DNA from: Eledone cirrhosa
Taxonomy: Eukaryota
Direction: 5' to 3'
Length of the DNA stretch: 64,000 bases
Assembly: GCA_964016885.1 (NCBI GenBank)
Contig: OZ024742.1
Span: 369,892,001-369,956,000, forward strand
Below the pieces are notes generated by a model, which was not told where the DNA came from, ran no database searches, and saw only the letters and a list, made by a program, of their open reading frames with translations. The translations under genes were made by a program, and so were the position numbers. Positions within the stretch are counted from its first letter, which is position 1; the number at the start of each line of letters is the position of its first letter. Below, in pieces: positions 40,501 through 56,000 of this stretch.

Positions 40501-43500
40501 CATCTTATTGTCTAGGTTGACATGGGTTAGACAGATCCTGTCTCACAATAGACAGGTCAAGTCATCCACTGTACAACATCTTATTGTCTAGGTTGACATG
40601 GGTTAGACAGATCCATTCTCACAATAGATAGGTCAAGACATCCACTGTACAACATCTTATTGTCTAGGTTGACATGGGTTAGACAGATCCTGTCTCACAA
40701 TAGACAGGTCAAGTCATCCACTGTACAACATCTTATTGTCTAGGTTGACATGGGTTAGACAGATCCAGTCTCACAATAGATAGGTCAAGACATCCACTGT
40801 ACAACATCTTATTGTCTATGTTGACATGGGTTAGACAGATCCTGTCTCACAATAGACAGGTCAAGACATCCACTGTACAACATCTTATTGTCTAGGTTGA
40901 CATGGGTTAGACAGATCCTGTCTCACAATAGATAGGTCAAGACATCCACTGTACAACATCTTATTGTCTAGGTTGACATGGGTTAGACAGATCGAGTCTC
41001 ACAATAGATAGGTCAAGACATCCACTGTACATCTTATTGTCTAGGGTGACAAGGGTTAGACAGATCCAGTCTCACAACAGATAGGTCAAGACATCCACTG
41101 TACATTTTATTGTCTAGGTTGACATGGTTTAGACAGATCCTGTCTCACAATAGACAGGTCAAGATATCCACTGTACATCTTCTTGTCTATGTTGACATGG
41201 GTTAGACAGATCCTATCTCACAATAGATAGGTCAAGACATCCACTGTACAACATCTTATTATCTAGGTTGACATGGGTTAGACAGATCCTGTCTCACAAT
41301 AGATAGGTCAAGACATCCCCTGTACATCTTATTGTCTAGGTTGACATGGGTTAGACAGATCCTGTCTCACAATAGACAGGTTAAGACATCCACTGTACAA
41401 CATCTTATTGTCTAGGTTGGCATGGGTTAGACAGATCCTGTCTCACAATAGATAGATCAAGACATCCACTGTACAACATCTTATTGTCTAGGTTGACATG
41501 GGTTAGACAGATCCTGTCCCACAATAGACAGGTCAAGACATCCACTGTACAACATCTTATTGTCTGGGTTGACATGGGTTAGACAGATCCTGTCTCACAA
41601 TAGACAGGTCAAGACATCCACTGTACAACATCTTATTGTCTAGGTTGACATGGGTTAGACAGATCCAGTCTCACAATAGATAGGTCAAGACATCCACTGT
41701 ACATCTTATTGTCTATGTTGACATGGGTTAGACAGATCCTGTCTCACAATAGATAGGTCAAGACATCCACTGTACAACATCTTATTATCTAGGTTGACAT
41801 GGGTTAGACAGTTCCTGTCTCACAATAGATAGGTCAAGACATCCACTGTACATCTTATTGTCTAGGTTGACATGGGTTAGACAGATCCTGTCTCACAATA
41901 GACAGGTCAAGACATCCACTGTACAACATCTTATTGTCTAGGTTGACATGGGTTAGACAGATCCTGTCTCACAATAGATAGGTCAAGACATCCACTGTAC
42001 AACATCTTATTGTCTAAGTTGACATTGGTTAGACAGACCTTGTCTCACAATAGACAGGTCAAGACATCCACTGTACAACATCTTATTGTCTGGGTCGACA
42101 TGGGTTAGACAGATCCTGTCTCACAATGGACAGGTCAAGACATCCACTGTACAACATCTTATTGTCTGGGTTGACATGGGTTAGACAGATCCTGTCTCAC
42201 AATAGACAGGTCAAGACATCCACTGTACAACATCTTATTGTCTAGGTTGACATGGGTTAGACAGATCCAGTCTCACAATAGATAGGTCAACACATCCACT
42301 GTACAACATCTTATTGTCTAGGTTGACATGGGTTAGACAGATCCTGTCTCACAATAGACAGGTCAAGTCATCCACTGTACAACATCTTATTGTCTAGGTT
42401 GACATGGGTTAGACAGATCCATTCTCACAATAGATAGGTCAAGACATCCACTGTACAACATCTTATTGTCTAGGTTGACATGGGTTAGACAGATCCTGTC
42501 TCACAATAGACAGGTCAAGTCATCCACTGTACAACATCTTATTGTCTAGGTTGACATGGGTTAGACAGATCCAGTCTCACAATAGATAGGTCAAGACATC
42601 CACTGTACAACATCTTATTGTCTATGTTGACATGGGTTAGACAGATCCTGTCTCACAATAGACAGGACAAGACATCCACTGTACAACATCTTATTGTCTA
42701 GGTTGACATGGGTTAGACAGATCCAGTCTCACAATAGATAGGTCAAGACATCCACTGTACAACATCTTATTGTCTAGGTTGACATGGGTTAGACAGATCG
42801 AGTCTCACAATAGATAGGTCAAGACATCCACTGTACATCTTATTGTCTAGGGTGACAAGGGTTAGACAGATCCAGTCTCACAACAGATAGGTCAAGACAT
42901 CCACTGTACATCTTATTGTCTAGGTTGACATGGTTTAGACAGATCCTGTCTCACAATAGACAGGTCAAGATATCCACTGTACATCTTCTTGTCTATGTTG
43001 ACATGGGTTAGACAGATCCTGTCTCACAATAGATAGGTCAAGACATCCACTGTACAACATCTTATTATCTAGGTTGACATGGGTTAGACAGATCCTGTCT
43101 CACAATAGATAGGTCAAGACATCCCCTGTACATCTTATTGTCTAGGTTGACATGGGTTAGACAGATCCTGTCTCACAATAGACAGGTTAAGACATCCACT
43201 GTACAACATCTTATTGTCTAGGTTGACATGGGTTAGACAGATCCTGTCTCACAATAGATAGATCAAGACATCCACTGTACAACATGTTATTGTCTAGGTT
43301 GACATGGGTTAGACAGATCCTGTCCCACAATAGACAGGTCAAGACATCTACTGTACAACATCTTATTGTCTAAGTTGACATTGGTTAGACAGACCTTGTC
43401 TCACAATAGACAGGTCAAGACATCCACTGTACAACATCTTATTGTCTGGGTTGACATGGGTTAGACAGATCCTGTCTCACAATAGACAGGTCAAGACATC

Positions 43501-46500
43501 CACTGTACAACATCTTATTGTCTGGGTTGACATGGGTTAGACAGATCCTGTCTCACAATAGACAGGTCAAGACATCCACTGTACAACATCTTATTGTCTA
43601 GGTTGACATGGGTTAGACAGATCCAGTCTCACAATAGATAGGTCAAGACATCCACTGTACAACATCTTATTGTCTAGGTTGACATGGGTTAGACAGATCC
43701 TGTCTCACAATAGACAGGTCAAGTCATCCACTGTACAACATCTTATTGTCTAGGTTGACATGGGTTAGACAGATCCAGTCTCACAATAGATAGGTCAAGA
43801 CATCCACTGTACAACATCTTATTGTCTAGGTTGACATGGGTTAGACAGATCAAGTCTCACAATAGATAGGTCAAGACATCCACTGTACATCTTATTGTCT
43901 ATGTTGACATGGGTTAGACAGATCCTGTCTCACAATAGATAGGTCAAGACATCCACTGTACAACATCTTATTATCTAGGTTGACATGGGTTAGACAGTTC
44001 CTGTCTCACAATAGATAGGTCAAGACATACACTGTACATCTTATTGTCTAGGTTGACATGGGTTAGACAGATCCTGTCTCACAATAGACAGGTCAAGACA
44101 TCCACTGTACAACATCTTATTGTCTAGGTTGACATGGGTTAGACAGATCCTGTCTCACAATAGATAGGTCAAGACATCCACTGTACAACATCTTATTGTC
44201 TAGGTTGACATGGGTTAGACAGATCCTGTCTCACAATAGATAGGTCAAGACATCCACTGTACATCTTATTTGCTAGGTTGACATGGGTTAGACAGATCCT
44301 GTCTCACAATAGATAGGTCAAGACATCCACTGTACAACATCTTATTGTCTAGGTTGACATGGGTTAGACAGATCCAGTCTCACAATAGATAGGTCAAGAC
44401 ATCCACTGTACATCTTATAGTCTAGGTTGACATGGGTTAGACAGATCCTGTCTCAAAATAGACAGGTCAAGACATCCACTGTACATCTTATTGTCTAGGT
44501 TGACATGGGTTAGACAGATCCTGTCTCACAATAGACAGGTCAAGACATCCACTGTACAACATCTTATTGTCTAAGTTGGCATGGGTTAGACAGAACCTGA
44601 CTCACAATAGATAGGTCAAGACATCTACTGTACAACATCTTATTGTCTAAGTTGACATTGGTTAGACAGACCTTGTCTCACAATAGACAGGTCAAGACAT
44701 CCACTGTACAACATCTTATTGTCTGGGTTGACATGGGTTAGACAGATCCTGTCTCACAATAGACAGGTCAAGACATCCACTGTACAACATCTTATTGTCT
44801 GGGTTGACATGGGTTAGACAGATCCTGTCTCACAATAGACAGGTCAAGACATCCACTGTACAACATCTTATTGTCTAGGTTGACATGGGTTAGACAGATC
44901 CAGTCTCACAATAGATAGGTCAAGACATCCACTGTACAACATCTTATTGTCTAGGTTGACATGGGTTAGACAGATCCTGTCTCACAATAGACAGGTCAAG
45001 TCATCCACTGTACAACATCTTATTGTCTAGGTTGACATGGGTTAGACAGATCCAGTCTCACAATAGATAGGTCAAGACATCCACTGTACAACATCTTATT
45101 GTCTATGATGACATGGGTTAGACAGATCGAGTCTCACAATAGATAGGTCAAGACATCCACTGTACAACATCTTATTGTCTAGGTTGACATGGTTTAGACA
45201 GATCCTGTCTCACAATAGACAGGTCAAGATATCCACTGTACATCTTATTGTCTATGTTGTAATGGGTTAGACAGATCCTGTCTCACAATAGATAGGTCAA
45301 GACATCCACTGTACAACATCTTATTATCTAGGTTGACATGGGTTAGACAGATCCTGTCTCACAATAGATAGGTCAAGACATCCACTGTACATCTTATTGT
45401 CTAGGTTGACATGGGTTAGACAGATCCTGTCTCACAATAGACAGGTCAAGACATCCACTGTACAACATCTTATTGTCTAGGTTGACATGGGTTAGACAGA
45501 TCCTGTCTCACAATAGATAGGTCAAGACATCCACTGTACAACATCTTATTGTCTAGGTTGACATGGGTTAGACAGATCCTGTCTCACAATAGATAGGTCA
45601 AGACATCCACTGTACATCTTATTTTCTAGGTTGACATGGGTTAGACAGATCCTGTCTCACAATAGATAGGTCAAGACATCCACTGTACAACATCTTATTG
45701 TCTAGGTTGACATGGGTTAGACAGATCCAGTCTCACAATAGATAGGTCAAGACATCCACTGTACATCTTATAGTCTAGGTTGACATGGGTTAGACAGATC
45801 CTGTCTCAAAATAGACAGGTCAAGACATCCACTGTACATCTTATTGTCTAGCTTGACATGGGTTAGACAGATCCTGTCTCACAATAGACAGTTTAAGACA
45901 TCCACTGTACAACATATTATCGTCTAGGTTGACATGGGTTAGACAGATCCTGTCTCACAATAGATAGCTCAAGACATCCACTGTACAACATCTTATTGTC
46001 TAGGGTGACATGGGTTAGACAGATCCTGTCTCACAATAGATAGGTCAAGACATCCACTGTACATCTTATAGTCTAGGTTGACATGGGTTAGACAGATCCT
46101 GTCTCAAAATAGACAGGTCAAGACATCCACTGTACATCTTATTGTCTAGGTTGACATGGGTTAGAAAGATCCTGTCTCACAATAGACAGGTCAAGACATC
46201 CACTGTACAACATCTTATTGTCTAGGTTGACATGGGTTAGACAGATCCTGTCTCACAATAGACAGTTTAAGACATCCACTGTTCAACATCTTATTGTCTA
46301 GGTTGACATGGGTTAGACAGATCCTGTCTCACAATAGATAGATCAAGACATCCACTGTACAACATCTTATTGTCTAGGTTGACATGGGTTAGAGAGATCC
46401 TGTCTCACAATAGATAGGTCAAGACATCCACTGTACAACATCTTATTGTCTAGGTTGACATGGGTTAGACAGATCCTGTCTCACAATAGACAGGTCAAGA

Positions 46501-47670
46501 CATCCACTGTACATCTTATTGTCTAGGTTGACATGGGTTAGACAGATCCTGTCTCACAATAGACAGGTTAAGACATCCACTGTACAACATCTTATTGTCT
46601 AAGTTGGCATGGGTTAGACAGATCCTGACTCACAATAGATAGGACAAGACATCCACTGTACAACATCTTATTGTCTAAGTTGACATTGGTTAGACAGACC
46701 TTGTCTCACAATAGACAGGTCAAGACATCCACTGTACAACATCTTATTGTCTGGGTCGACATGGGTTAGAAAATCCTGTCTCACAATGGACAGGTCAAGA
46801 CATCCACTGTACAACATCTTATTGTCTGGGTTGACATGGGTTAGACAGATCCTGTCTCACAATAGACAGGTCAAGACATCCACTGTACAACATCTTATTG
46901 TCTAGGTTGACATGGGTTAGACAGATCCAGTCTCACAATAGATAGGTCAAGACATCCACTGTACAACATCTTATTGTCTAGGTTGACATGGGTTAGACAG
47001 ATCCTGTCTCACAATAGACAGGTCAAGTCATCCACTGTACAACATCTTATTGTCTAGGTTGACATGGGTTAGACAGATCCATTCTCACAATAGATAGATC
47101 AAGACATCCACTGTACAACATCTCATTGTGTAGGTTGACATGGGTTAGACAGATCCAGTCTCACAATAGATAGGTCAAGACATCCACTGTAAAACATCTT
47201 ATTGTCTAGGTTGGCATGGGTTAGACAGATCCAGTCTCACAATAGATAGGTCAAGACATCCACTATACAACATCTTATTGTCTAGGTTGACATGGGTTAG
47301 ACAGATCCTGTCTCACAATAGACAGGTCAAGACATCCACTGTACAACATCTTATTGTCTATGTTGACATGGGTTAGACAGATCCTGTCTCACAATAGACA
47401 GGTCAAGACATCCACTGTACAACATCTTATTGTCTATGTTGACATGTGTTAGACAGATCCTGTCTCACAATAGACAGGTCAAGACATCCACTGTACAACA
47501 TCTTATTGTCTAGGTTGACATGGGTTAGACAGATCCAGTCTCACAATAGATAGGTCAAGTCATCCACTGTACAACATCTTATTGTCTAGGTTGACATGGG
47601 TTAGACAGATCGAGTCTCACAATAGATAGGTCAAGACATCCACTGTACAACATCTTATTGTCTAGGTTGG
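31261..47670. repeat. Direct tandem duplication of an 8,205-bp block (copy 1 31261-39465, copy 2 39466-47670), about 109 monomers
   Basis: Six rare markers recur at exactly +8205: ACTGTTCAAC 31606/39811, GTCAACAC 32275/40480, TTATTTGCTA 36061/44266, TGATGAC 36901/45106, GTTGTAATGG 37051/45256 and TTAGAAAATC (1-bp deletion) 38561/46766. The length fits 83x76 + 26x73 - 1. Confidence 0.93.
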
Positions 47671-50600
47671 CATGGGTTAGACAGATCCAGTCTCACAATA
47701 GATAGGTCAAGACATCCACTATACAACATCTTATTGTCTAGGTTGACATGGGTTAGACAGATCCTGTCTCACAATAGACAGGTCAAGACATCCACTGTAC
47801 AACATCTTATTGTCTATGTTGACATGGGTTAGACAGATCCTGTCTCACAATAGACATGTCAAGACATCCACTGTACAACATCTTATTGTCTAGGTTGACA
47901 TGGGTTAGACAGATCCTGTCCCACAATAGACAGGTCAAGACATCCACTGTACAACATCTTATTGTCTGGGTTGACATGGGTTAGACAGATCCTGTCTCAC
48001 AATAGACAGGTCAAGACATCCACTGTACATCTTATTGTCTATGTTGACATGGGTTAGACAGATCCAGTCTCACAATAGATAGGTCAAGACATCCACTGTG
48101 CAACATCTTATAGTCTAGGTTGACATGGGTTAGACAGATCCAGGCTCACAATAGATAGGTCAAGACATCCACTGTACATCTTATTGTCTAGGTTGGCATG
48201 GGTTAGACAGATCCTGTCTCACAATAGACAGGTCAAGACATCCACTGTACAACATCTTATTGTCTAGGTTGACATGGGTTAGACAGATCCTGTCTCACAT
48301 TAGATAGCTCAAGACATCCACTGTACAACATCTTATTGTCTAGGTTGACATGGGTTAGACAGATCCTGTCTCAAAATAGACAGGTCAAGACATCCACTGT
48401 ACAACATCTTATTGTCTAAGTTGGCATGGGTTAGACAGATCCTGTCTCACAATAGACAGGTCAAGACATTCACTGTACAACATCTTATTGTCTAGGTTGA
48501 CATGGGTTAGACACATCCTGTCTCACAATATACAGGTCAAGACATCCACTGTACAACATCTTATTGTCTAGGTTGACATGGGTTAGACAGATCCAGTCTC
48601 ACAATAGATAGGTCAAGACATCCACTGTACAACATCTTATTGTCTAGGTTGACATGGGTTAGACAGATCCAGTCTCACAATAGATAGGTCAAGACATCCA
48701 CTGTACAATATCTTATTGTCTAGGTTGGCATGGGTTAGACAGATAGTCTCACAATAGATAGGTCAAGACATCCACTATACAACATCTTATTGTCTAGGTT
48801 GACATGGGTTAGACAGATCCTGTCTCACAATAGACAGGTCAAGACATCCACTGTACAACATCTTATTGTCTAAGTTGGCATGGGTTAGACAGAACCTGAC
48901 TCACAATAGATAGGTCAAGACATCTACTGTACAACATCTTATTGTCTAAGTTGACATTGGTTAGACAGACCTTGTCTCACAATAGACAGGTCAAGACATC
49001 CACTGTACAACATATTATTGTCTGGGTTGACATGGGTTAGACAGATCCTGTCTCACAATAGACAGGTCAAGACATCCACTGTACAACATCTTATTGTCTG
49101 GGTTGACATGGGTTAGACAGATCCTGTCTCACAATAGACAGGTCAAGACATCCACTGTACAACATGTTATTGTCTAGGTTGACATGGGTTAGACAGATCC
49201 TGTCTCACAATAGACAGGTCAAGACATCCACTGTACAACATCTTATTGTCTAGGTTGACATGGGTTAGACAGATCCTGTCTCACAATAGACAGGTCAAGT
49301 CATCCACTGTACAACATCTTATTGTCTAGGTTGACATGGGTTAGACAGATCCAGTCTCACAATAGATAGCTCAAGACATCCACTGTACAACATCTTATTG
49401 TCTATGTTGACATGGGTTAGACAGATCCTGTCTCACAATAGACAGCTCAAGACATCCACTGTACAACATCTTATTGTCTAGGTTGACATGGGTTAGACAG
49501 ATCCAGTCTCACAATAGATAGGTCAAGACATCCACTGTACAACATCTTATTGTCTAGGTTGACATGGGTTAGACAGATCGAGTCTCACAATAGATAGGTC
49601 AAGACATCCACTGTACATCTTATTGTCTAGGGTGACAAGGGTTAGACAGATCCAGTCTCACAACAGATAGGTCAAGACATCCACTGTACATCTTATTGTC
49701 TAGGTTGACATGGTTTAGACAGATCCTGTCTCACAATAGACAGGTCAAGATATCCACTGTACATCTTATTGTCTATGTTGACATGGGTTAGACAGATCCT
49801 GTCTCACAATAGATAGGTCAAGACATCCACTGTACAACATCTTATTATCTAGGTTGACATGGGTTAGACAGATCCTGTCTCACAATAGATAGGTCAAGAC
49901 ATCCACTGTACATCTTATTGTCTAGGTTGACATGGGTTAGACAGATCCTGTCTCACAATAGACAGGTCAAGACATCAACTGTACAACATCTTATTGTCTA
50001 GGTTGACATGGGTTAAACAGATCCTGTCTCACAATAGATAGGTCAAGACATCCACTGTACAACATCTTATTGTCTAGGTTGACATGGGTTAGACAGATCC
50101 TGTCTCACAATAGATAGGTCAAGACATCCACTGTACATCTTATTTTCTAGGTTGACATGGGTTAGACAGATCCTGTCTCACAATAGATAGGTCAAGACAT
50201 CCACTGTACAACATCTTATTGTCCAGGTTGACATGGGTTAGACAGATCCAGTCTCACAATAGATAGGTCAAGACATCCACTGTACATCTTATAGTCTAGG
50301 TTGACATGGGTTAGACAGATCCTGTCTCAAAATAGACAGGTCAAGACATCCACTGTACATCTTATTGTCTAGGTTGACATGGGTTAGACAGATCCTGTCT
50401 CACAATAGACAGGTCAAGACATCCACTGTACAACATATTATTGTCTAGGTTGACATGGGTTAGACAGATCCTGTCTCACAATAGACAGTTTAAGACATCC
50501 ACTGTACAACATCTTATTGTCTAGGTTGACACGGGTTAGACAGATCCTGTCTCACAATAGATAGCTCAAGACATCCACTGTACAACATCTTATTGTCTAG

Positions 50601-53099
50601 GGTGACATGGGTTAGACAGATCCTGTCTCACAATAGATAGGTCAAGACATCCACTGTACATCTTATAGTCTAGGTTGACATGGGTTAGACAGATCCTGTC
50701 TCAAAATAGACAGGTCAAGACATCCACTGTACATCTTATTGTCTAGGTTGACATGGGTTAGACAGATCCTGTCTCACAATAGACAGGTCAAGGCATCCAC
50801 TGTACAACATCTTATTGTCTAGGTTGACATGGGTTAGACAGATGCTGTCTCACAATCGACAGTTTAAGACATCCACTGTACAACATCTTATTGTCTAGGT
50901 TGACATGGGTTAGACAGATCCTGTCTCACAATAGATAGGTCAAGACATCCACTGTACAACATCTTATTGTCTAGGTTGACATGGGTTAGACAGATCCTGT
51001 CTCACAATAGATAGGTCAAGACATCCACTGTACAACATCTTATTGTCTAGGTTGACATGGGTTAGACAGATCCTGTCTCACAATAGACAGGTCAAGACAT
51101 CCACTGTACATCTTATTGTCTAGGTTGACATGGGTTAGACAGATCCTGTCTCACAATAGACAGGTTAAGACATCCACTGTACAACATCTTATTGTCTAGG
51201 TTGACATGGGTTAGACAGATCCTGTCTCACAATAGATAGATCAAGACATCCACTGTACAACATCTTATTGTCTAGGTTGACATGGGTTAGACAGATCCTG
51301 TCCCACAATAGACAGGTCAAGACATCCACTGTACAACATCTTATTGTCTGGGTTGACATGGGTTAGACAGATCCTGTCTCACAATAGACAGGTCAAGACA
51401 TCCAATGTACAACATCTTATTGTCTAGGTTGACATGGGTTAGACAGATCCAGTCTCACAATAGATAGGTCAAGACATCCACTGTACATCTTATTTTCTAG
51501 GTTGACATGGGTTAGATAGATCCTGTCTCACAATAGATAGGTCAAGACATCCACTGTACAACATCTTATTGTCTAGGTTGACATGGGTTAGACAGATCCA
51601 GTCTCACAATAGATAGGTCAAGACATCCACTGTACATCTTATAGTCTAAGTTGACATGGGTTAGACAGATCCTGTCTCAAAATAGACAGGTCAAGACATC
51701 CACTGTACAACATCTTATTGTCTATGTTGACATGGGTTAGACAGATCCTGTCTCACAATAGACAGGTCAAGACATCCACTGTACAACATCTTATTGTCTA
51801 GGTTGACATGGGTTAGACAGATCCTGTCCCACAATAGACAGGTCAAGACATCCACTGTACAACATCTTATTGTCTGGGTTGACATGGGTTAGACAGATCC
51901 TGTCTCACAATAGACAGGTCAAGACATCCACTGTACATCTTATTGTCTATGTTGACATGGGTTAGACAGATCCTGTCTCACAATAGACATGTCAAGACAT
52001 CCACTGTGCAACATCTTATAGTCTAGGTTGACATTGGTTAGACAGATCCAGGCTCACAATAGATAGGTCAAGACATCCACTGTACATCTTATTGTCTAGG
52101 TTGGCATGGGTTAGACAGATCCTGTCTCACAATAGACAGGTCAAGACATCCACTGTAAAACATCTTATTGTCTAGGTTGACATGGGTTAGACAGATCCTG
52201 TCTCAAAATAGACAGGTCAAGACATCCACTGTACAACATCTTATTGTCTAAGTTGGCATGGGTTAGACAGATCCTGTCTCACAATAGACAGGTCAAGACA
52301 TTTACTGTACAACATCTTATTGTCTAGGTTGACATGGGTTAGACACATCCTGTCTCACAATAGACAGGTCAAGACATCCACTGTACAACATCTTATTGTC
52401 TAGGTTGACATGGGTTAGACAGATTCAGTCTCACAATAGATAGGTCAAGACATCCACTGTACAACATCTTATTGTCTAGGTTGACATGGGTTAGATAGAT
52501 CCAGTCTCACAATAGATAGGTCAAGACATCCACTGTACAACATCTTATTGTCTAGGTTGGCATGGGTTAGACAGGTAGTCTCACAATAGATAGGTCAAGA
52601 CATCCACTATACAACATCTTATTGTCTAGGTTGACATGGGTTAGACAGATCCTGTCTCACAATAGACAGGTCAAGACATCCACTGTACAACATCTTATTG
52701 TCTAAGTTGGCATGGGTTAGACAGAACCTGACTCACAATAGATAGGTCAAGACATCTACTGTACAACATCTTATTGTCTAAGTTGACATTGGTTAGACAG
52801 ATCTTGTCTCACAATAGACAGATCAAGACATCCACTGTACAACATCTTATTGTCTGGGTTGACATGGGTTAGACAGATCCTGTCTCACAATAGGCAGGTC
52901 AAGACATCCACTGTACAACATCTTATTGTCTAGGTTGACATGGGTTAGACAGATCCAGTCTCACAATAGATAGGTCAAGACATCCACTGTACAACATCTT
53001 ATTGTCTAGGTTGACATGGTTTAGACAGATCCTGTCTCACAATAGACAGGTCAAGTCATCCACTGTACAACATCTTATTGTCTAGGTTGACATGGGTTA

Positions 53100-56000
53100 G
53101 ACAGATCCTGTCTCACAATAGACAGGTCAAGACATCCACTGTACATCTTATTGTCTAGGTTGACATGGGTTAGACAGATCCTGTCTCACAATAGACAGGT
53201 TAAGACATCCACTGTACAACATCTTATTGTCTAAGTTGGCATGGGTTAGACAGATCCTGACTCACAATAGATAGGACAAGACATCCACTGTACAACATCT
53301 TATTGTCTAAGTTGACATTGGTTAGACAGACCTTGTCTCACAATAGACATGTCAAGACATCCACTGTACAACATCTTATTGTCTGGGTCGACATGGGTTA
53401 GACAAATCCTGTCTCACAATGGACAGGTCAAGACATCCACTGTACAACATCTTATTGTCTGGGTTGACATGGGTTAGACAGATCCTGTCTCACAATAGAC
53501 AGGTCAAGACATCCACTGTACAACATCTTATTGTCTAGGTTGACATGGGTTAGACAGATCCAGTCTCACAATAGATAGGTCAAGACATCCACTGTACAAC
53601 ATCTTATTGTCTAGGTTGACATGGGTTAGACAGATCCTGTCTCACAATAGACAGGTCAAGTCATCCACTGTACAACATCTTATTGTCTAGGTTGACATGG
53701 GTTAGACAGATCCATTCTCACAATAGATAGGTCAAGACATCCACTGTACAACATCTCATTGTGTAGGTTGACATGGGTTAGACAGATCCAGTCTCACAAT
53801 AGATAGGTCAAGACATCCACTATACAACATCTTATTGTCTAGGTTGACATGGGTTAGACAGATCCTGTGTCACAATAGACAGGTCAAGACATCCACTGTA
53901 CAACATCTTATTGTCTATGTTGACATGGGTTAGACAGATCCTGTCTCACAATAGACAGGTCAAGACATCCACTGTACAACATCTTATTGTCTATGCTGAC
54001 ATGTGTTAGACAGATCCTGTCTCACAATAGACAGGTCAAGACATCCACTGTACAACATCTTATTGTCTAGGTTGACATGGGTTAGACAGATCCAGTCAAA
54101 CAATAGATAGGTCAAGACATCCACTGTACAACATCTTATTGTCTAGGTTGACATGGGTTAGACAGATCGAGTCTCACAATAGATAGGTCAAGACATCCAC
54201 TGTACAACATCTTATTGTCTAGGTTGGCATGGGTTAGACAGATCCAGTCTCACAATAGATAGGTCAAGACATCCACTATACAACATCTTATTGTCTAGGT
54301 TGACATGGGTTAGACAGATCCTGTCTCACAATAGACAGGTCAAGACATCCACTGTACAACATCTTATTGTCTATGTTGACATGGGTTAGACAGATCCTGT
54401 CTCACAATAGACATGTCAAGACATCCACTGTACAACATCTTATTGTCTAGGTTGACATGGGTTAGACAGATCCTGTCCCACAATAGACAGGTCAAGACAT
54501 CCACTGTACAACATCTTATTGTCTGGGTTGACATGGGTTAGACAGATCCTGTCTCACAATAGACAGGTCAAGACATCCACTGTACATCTTATTGTCTATG
54601 TTGACATGGGTTAGACAGATCCTGTCTCACAATAGACAGGTCAAGACATCCACTGTACAACATCTTATTGTCTAGGTTGACATGGGTTAGACAGATCCTG
54701 TCTCACAATAGACAGGTCAAGTCATCCACTGTACAACATCTTATTGTCTAGGTTGACATGGGTTAGACAGATCCAGTCTCACAATAGATAGGTCAAGACA
54801 TCCACTGTGCAACATCTTATAGTCTAGGTTGACATGGGTTAGACAGATCCAGGCTCGCAATAGATAGGTCAAGACATCCACTGTACATCTTATTGTCTAG
54901 GTTGGCATGGGTTAGACAGATCCTGTCTCACAATAGACAGGTCAAGACATCCACTGTACAACATCTTATTGTCTAGGTTGACATGGGTTAGACAGATCCT
55001 GTCTCAAAATAGACAGGTCAAGACATCCACTGTACAACATCTTATTGTCTAAGTTGGCATGGGTTAGACAGATCCTGTCTCACAATAGACAGGTTAAGAC
55101 ATCCACTGTACAACATCTTATTGTCTAAGTTGGCATGGGTTAGACAGATCCTGACTCACAATAGATAGGACAAGACATCCACTGTACAACATCTTATTGT
55201 CTAAGTTGACATTGGTTAGACAGACCTTGTCTCACAATAGACAGGTCAAGACATCCACTGTACAACATCTTATTGTCTGGGTCGACATGGGTTAGACAAA
55301 TCCTGTCTCACAATGGACAGGTCAAGACATCCACTGTACAACATCTTATTGTCTGGGTTGACATGGGTTAGACAGATCCTGTCTCACAATAGACAGGTCA
55401 AGACATCCACTGTACAACATCTTATTGTCTAGGTTGACATGGGTTAGACAGATCCAGTCTCACAATAGATAGGTCAAGACATCCACTGTACAACATCTTA
55501 TTGTCTAGGTTGACATGGGTTAGACAGATCCATTCTCACAATAGATAGGTCAAGACATCCACTGTACAACATCTCATTGTGTAGGTTGACATGGGTTAGA
55601 CAGATCCAGTCTCACAATAGATAGGTCAAGACATCCACTGTAAAACATCTTATTGTCTAGGTTGGCATGGGTTAGACAGATCCAGTCTCACAATAGATAG
55701 GTCAAGACATCCACTATACAACATCTTATTGTCTAGGTTGACATGGGTTAGACAGATCCTGTCTCACAATAGACAGGTCAAGACATCCACTGTACAACAT
55801 CTTATTGTCTAGGTTGACATGGGTTAGACAGATCCAGTCTCACAATAGATAGGTCAAGACATCCACTATACAACATCTTATTGTCTAGGTTGACATGGGT
55901 TAGACAGATCCTGTCTCACAATAGACAGGTCAAGACATCCACTGTACAACATCTTATTGTCTATGTTGACATGGGTTAGACAGATCCTGTCTCACAATAG

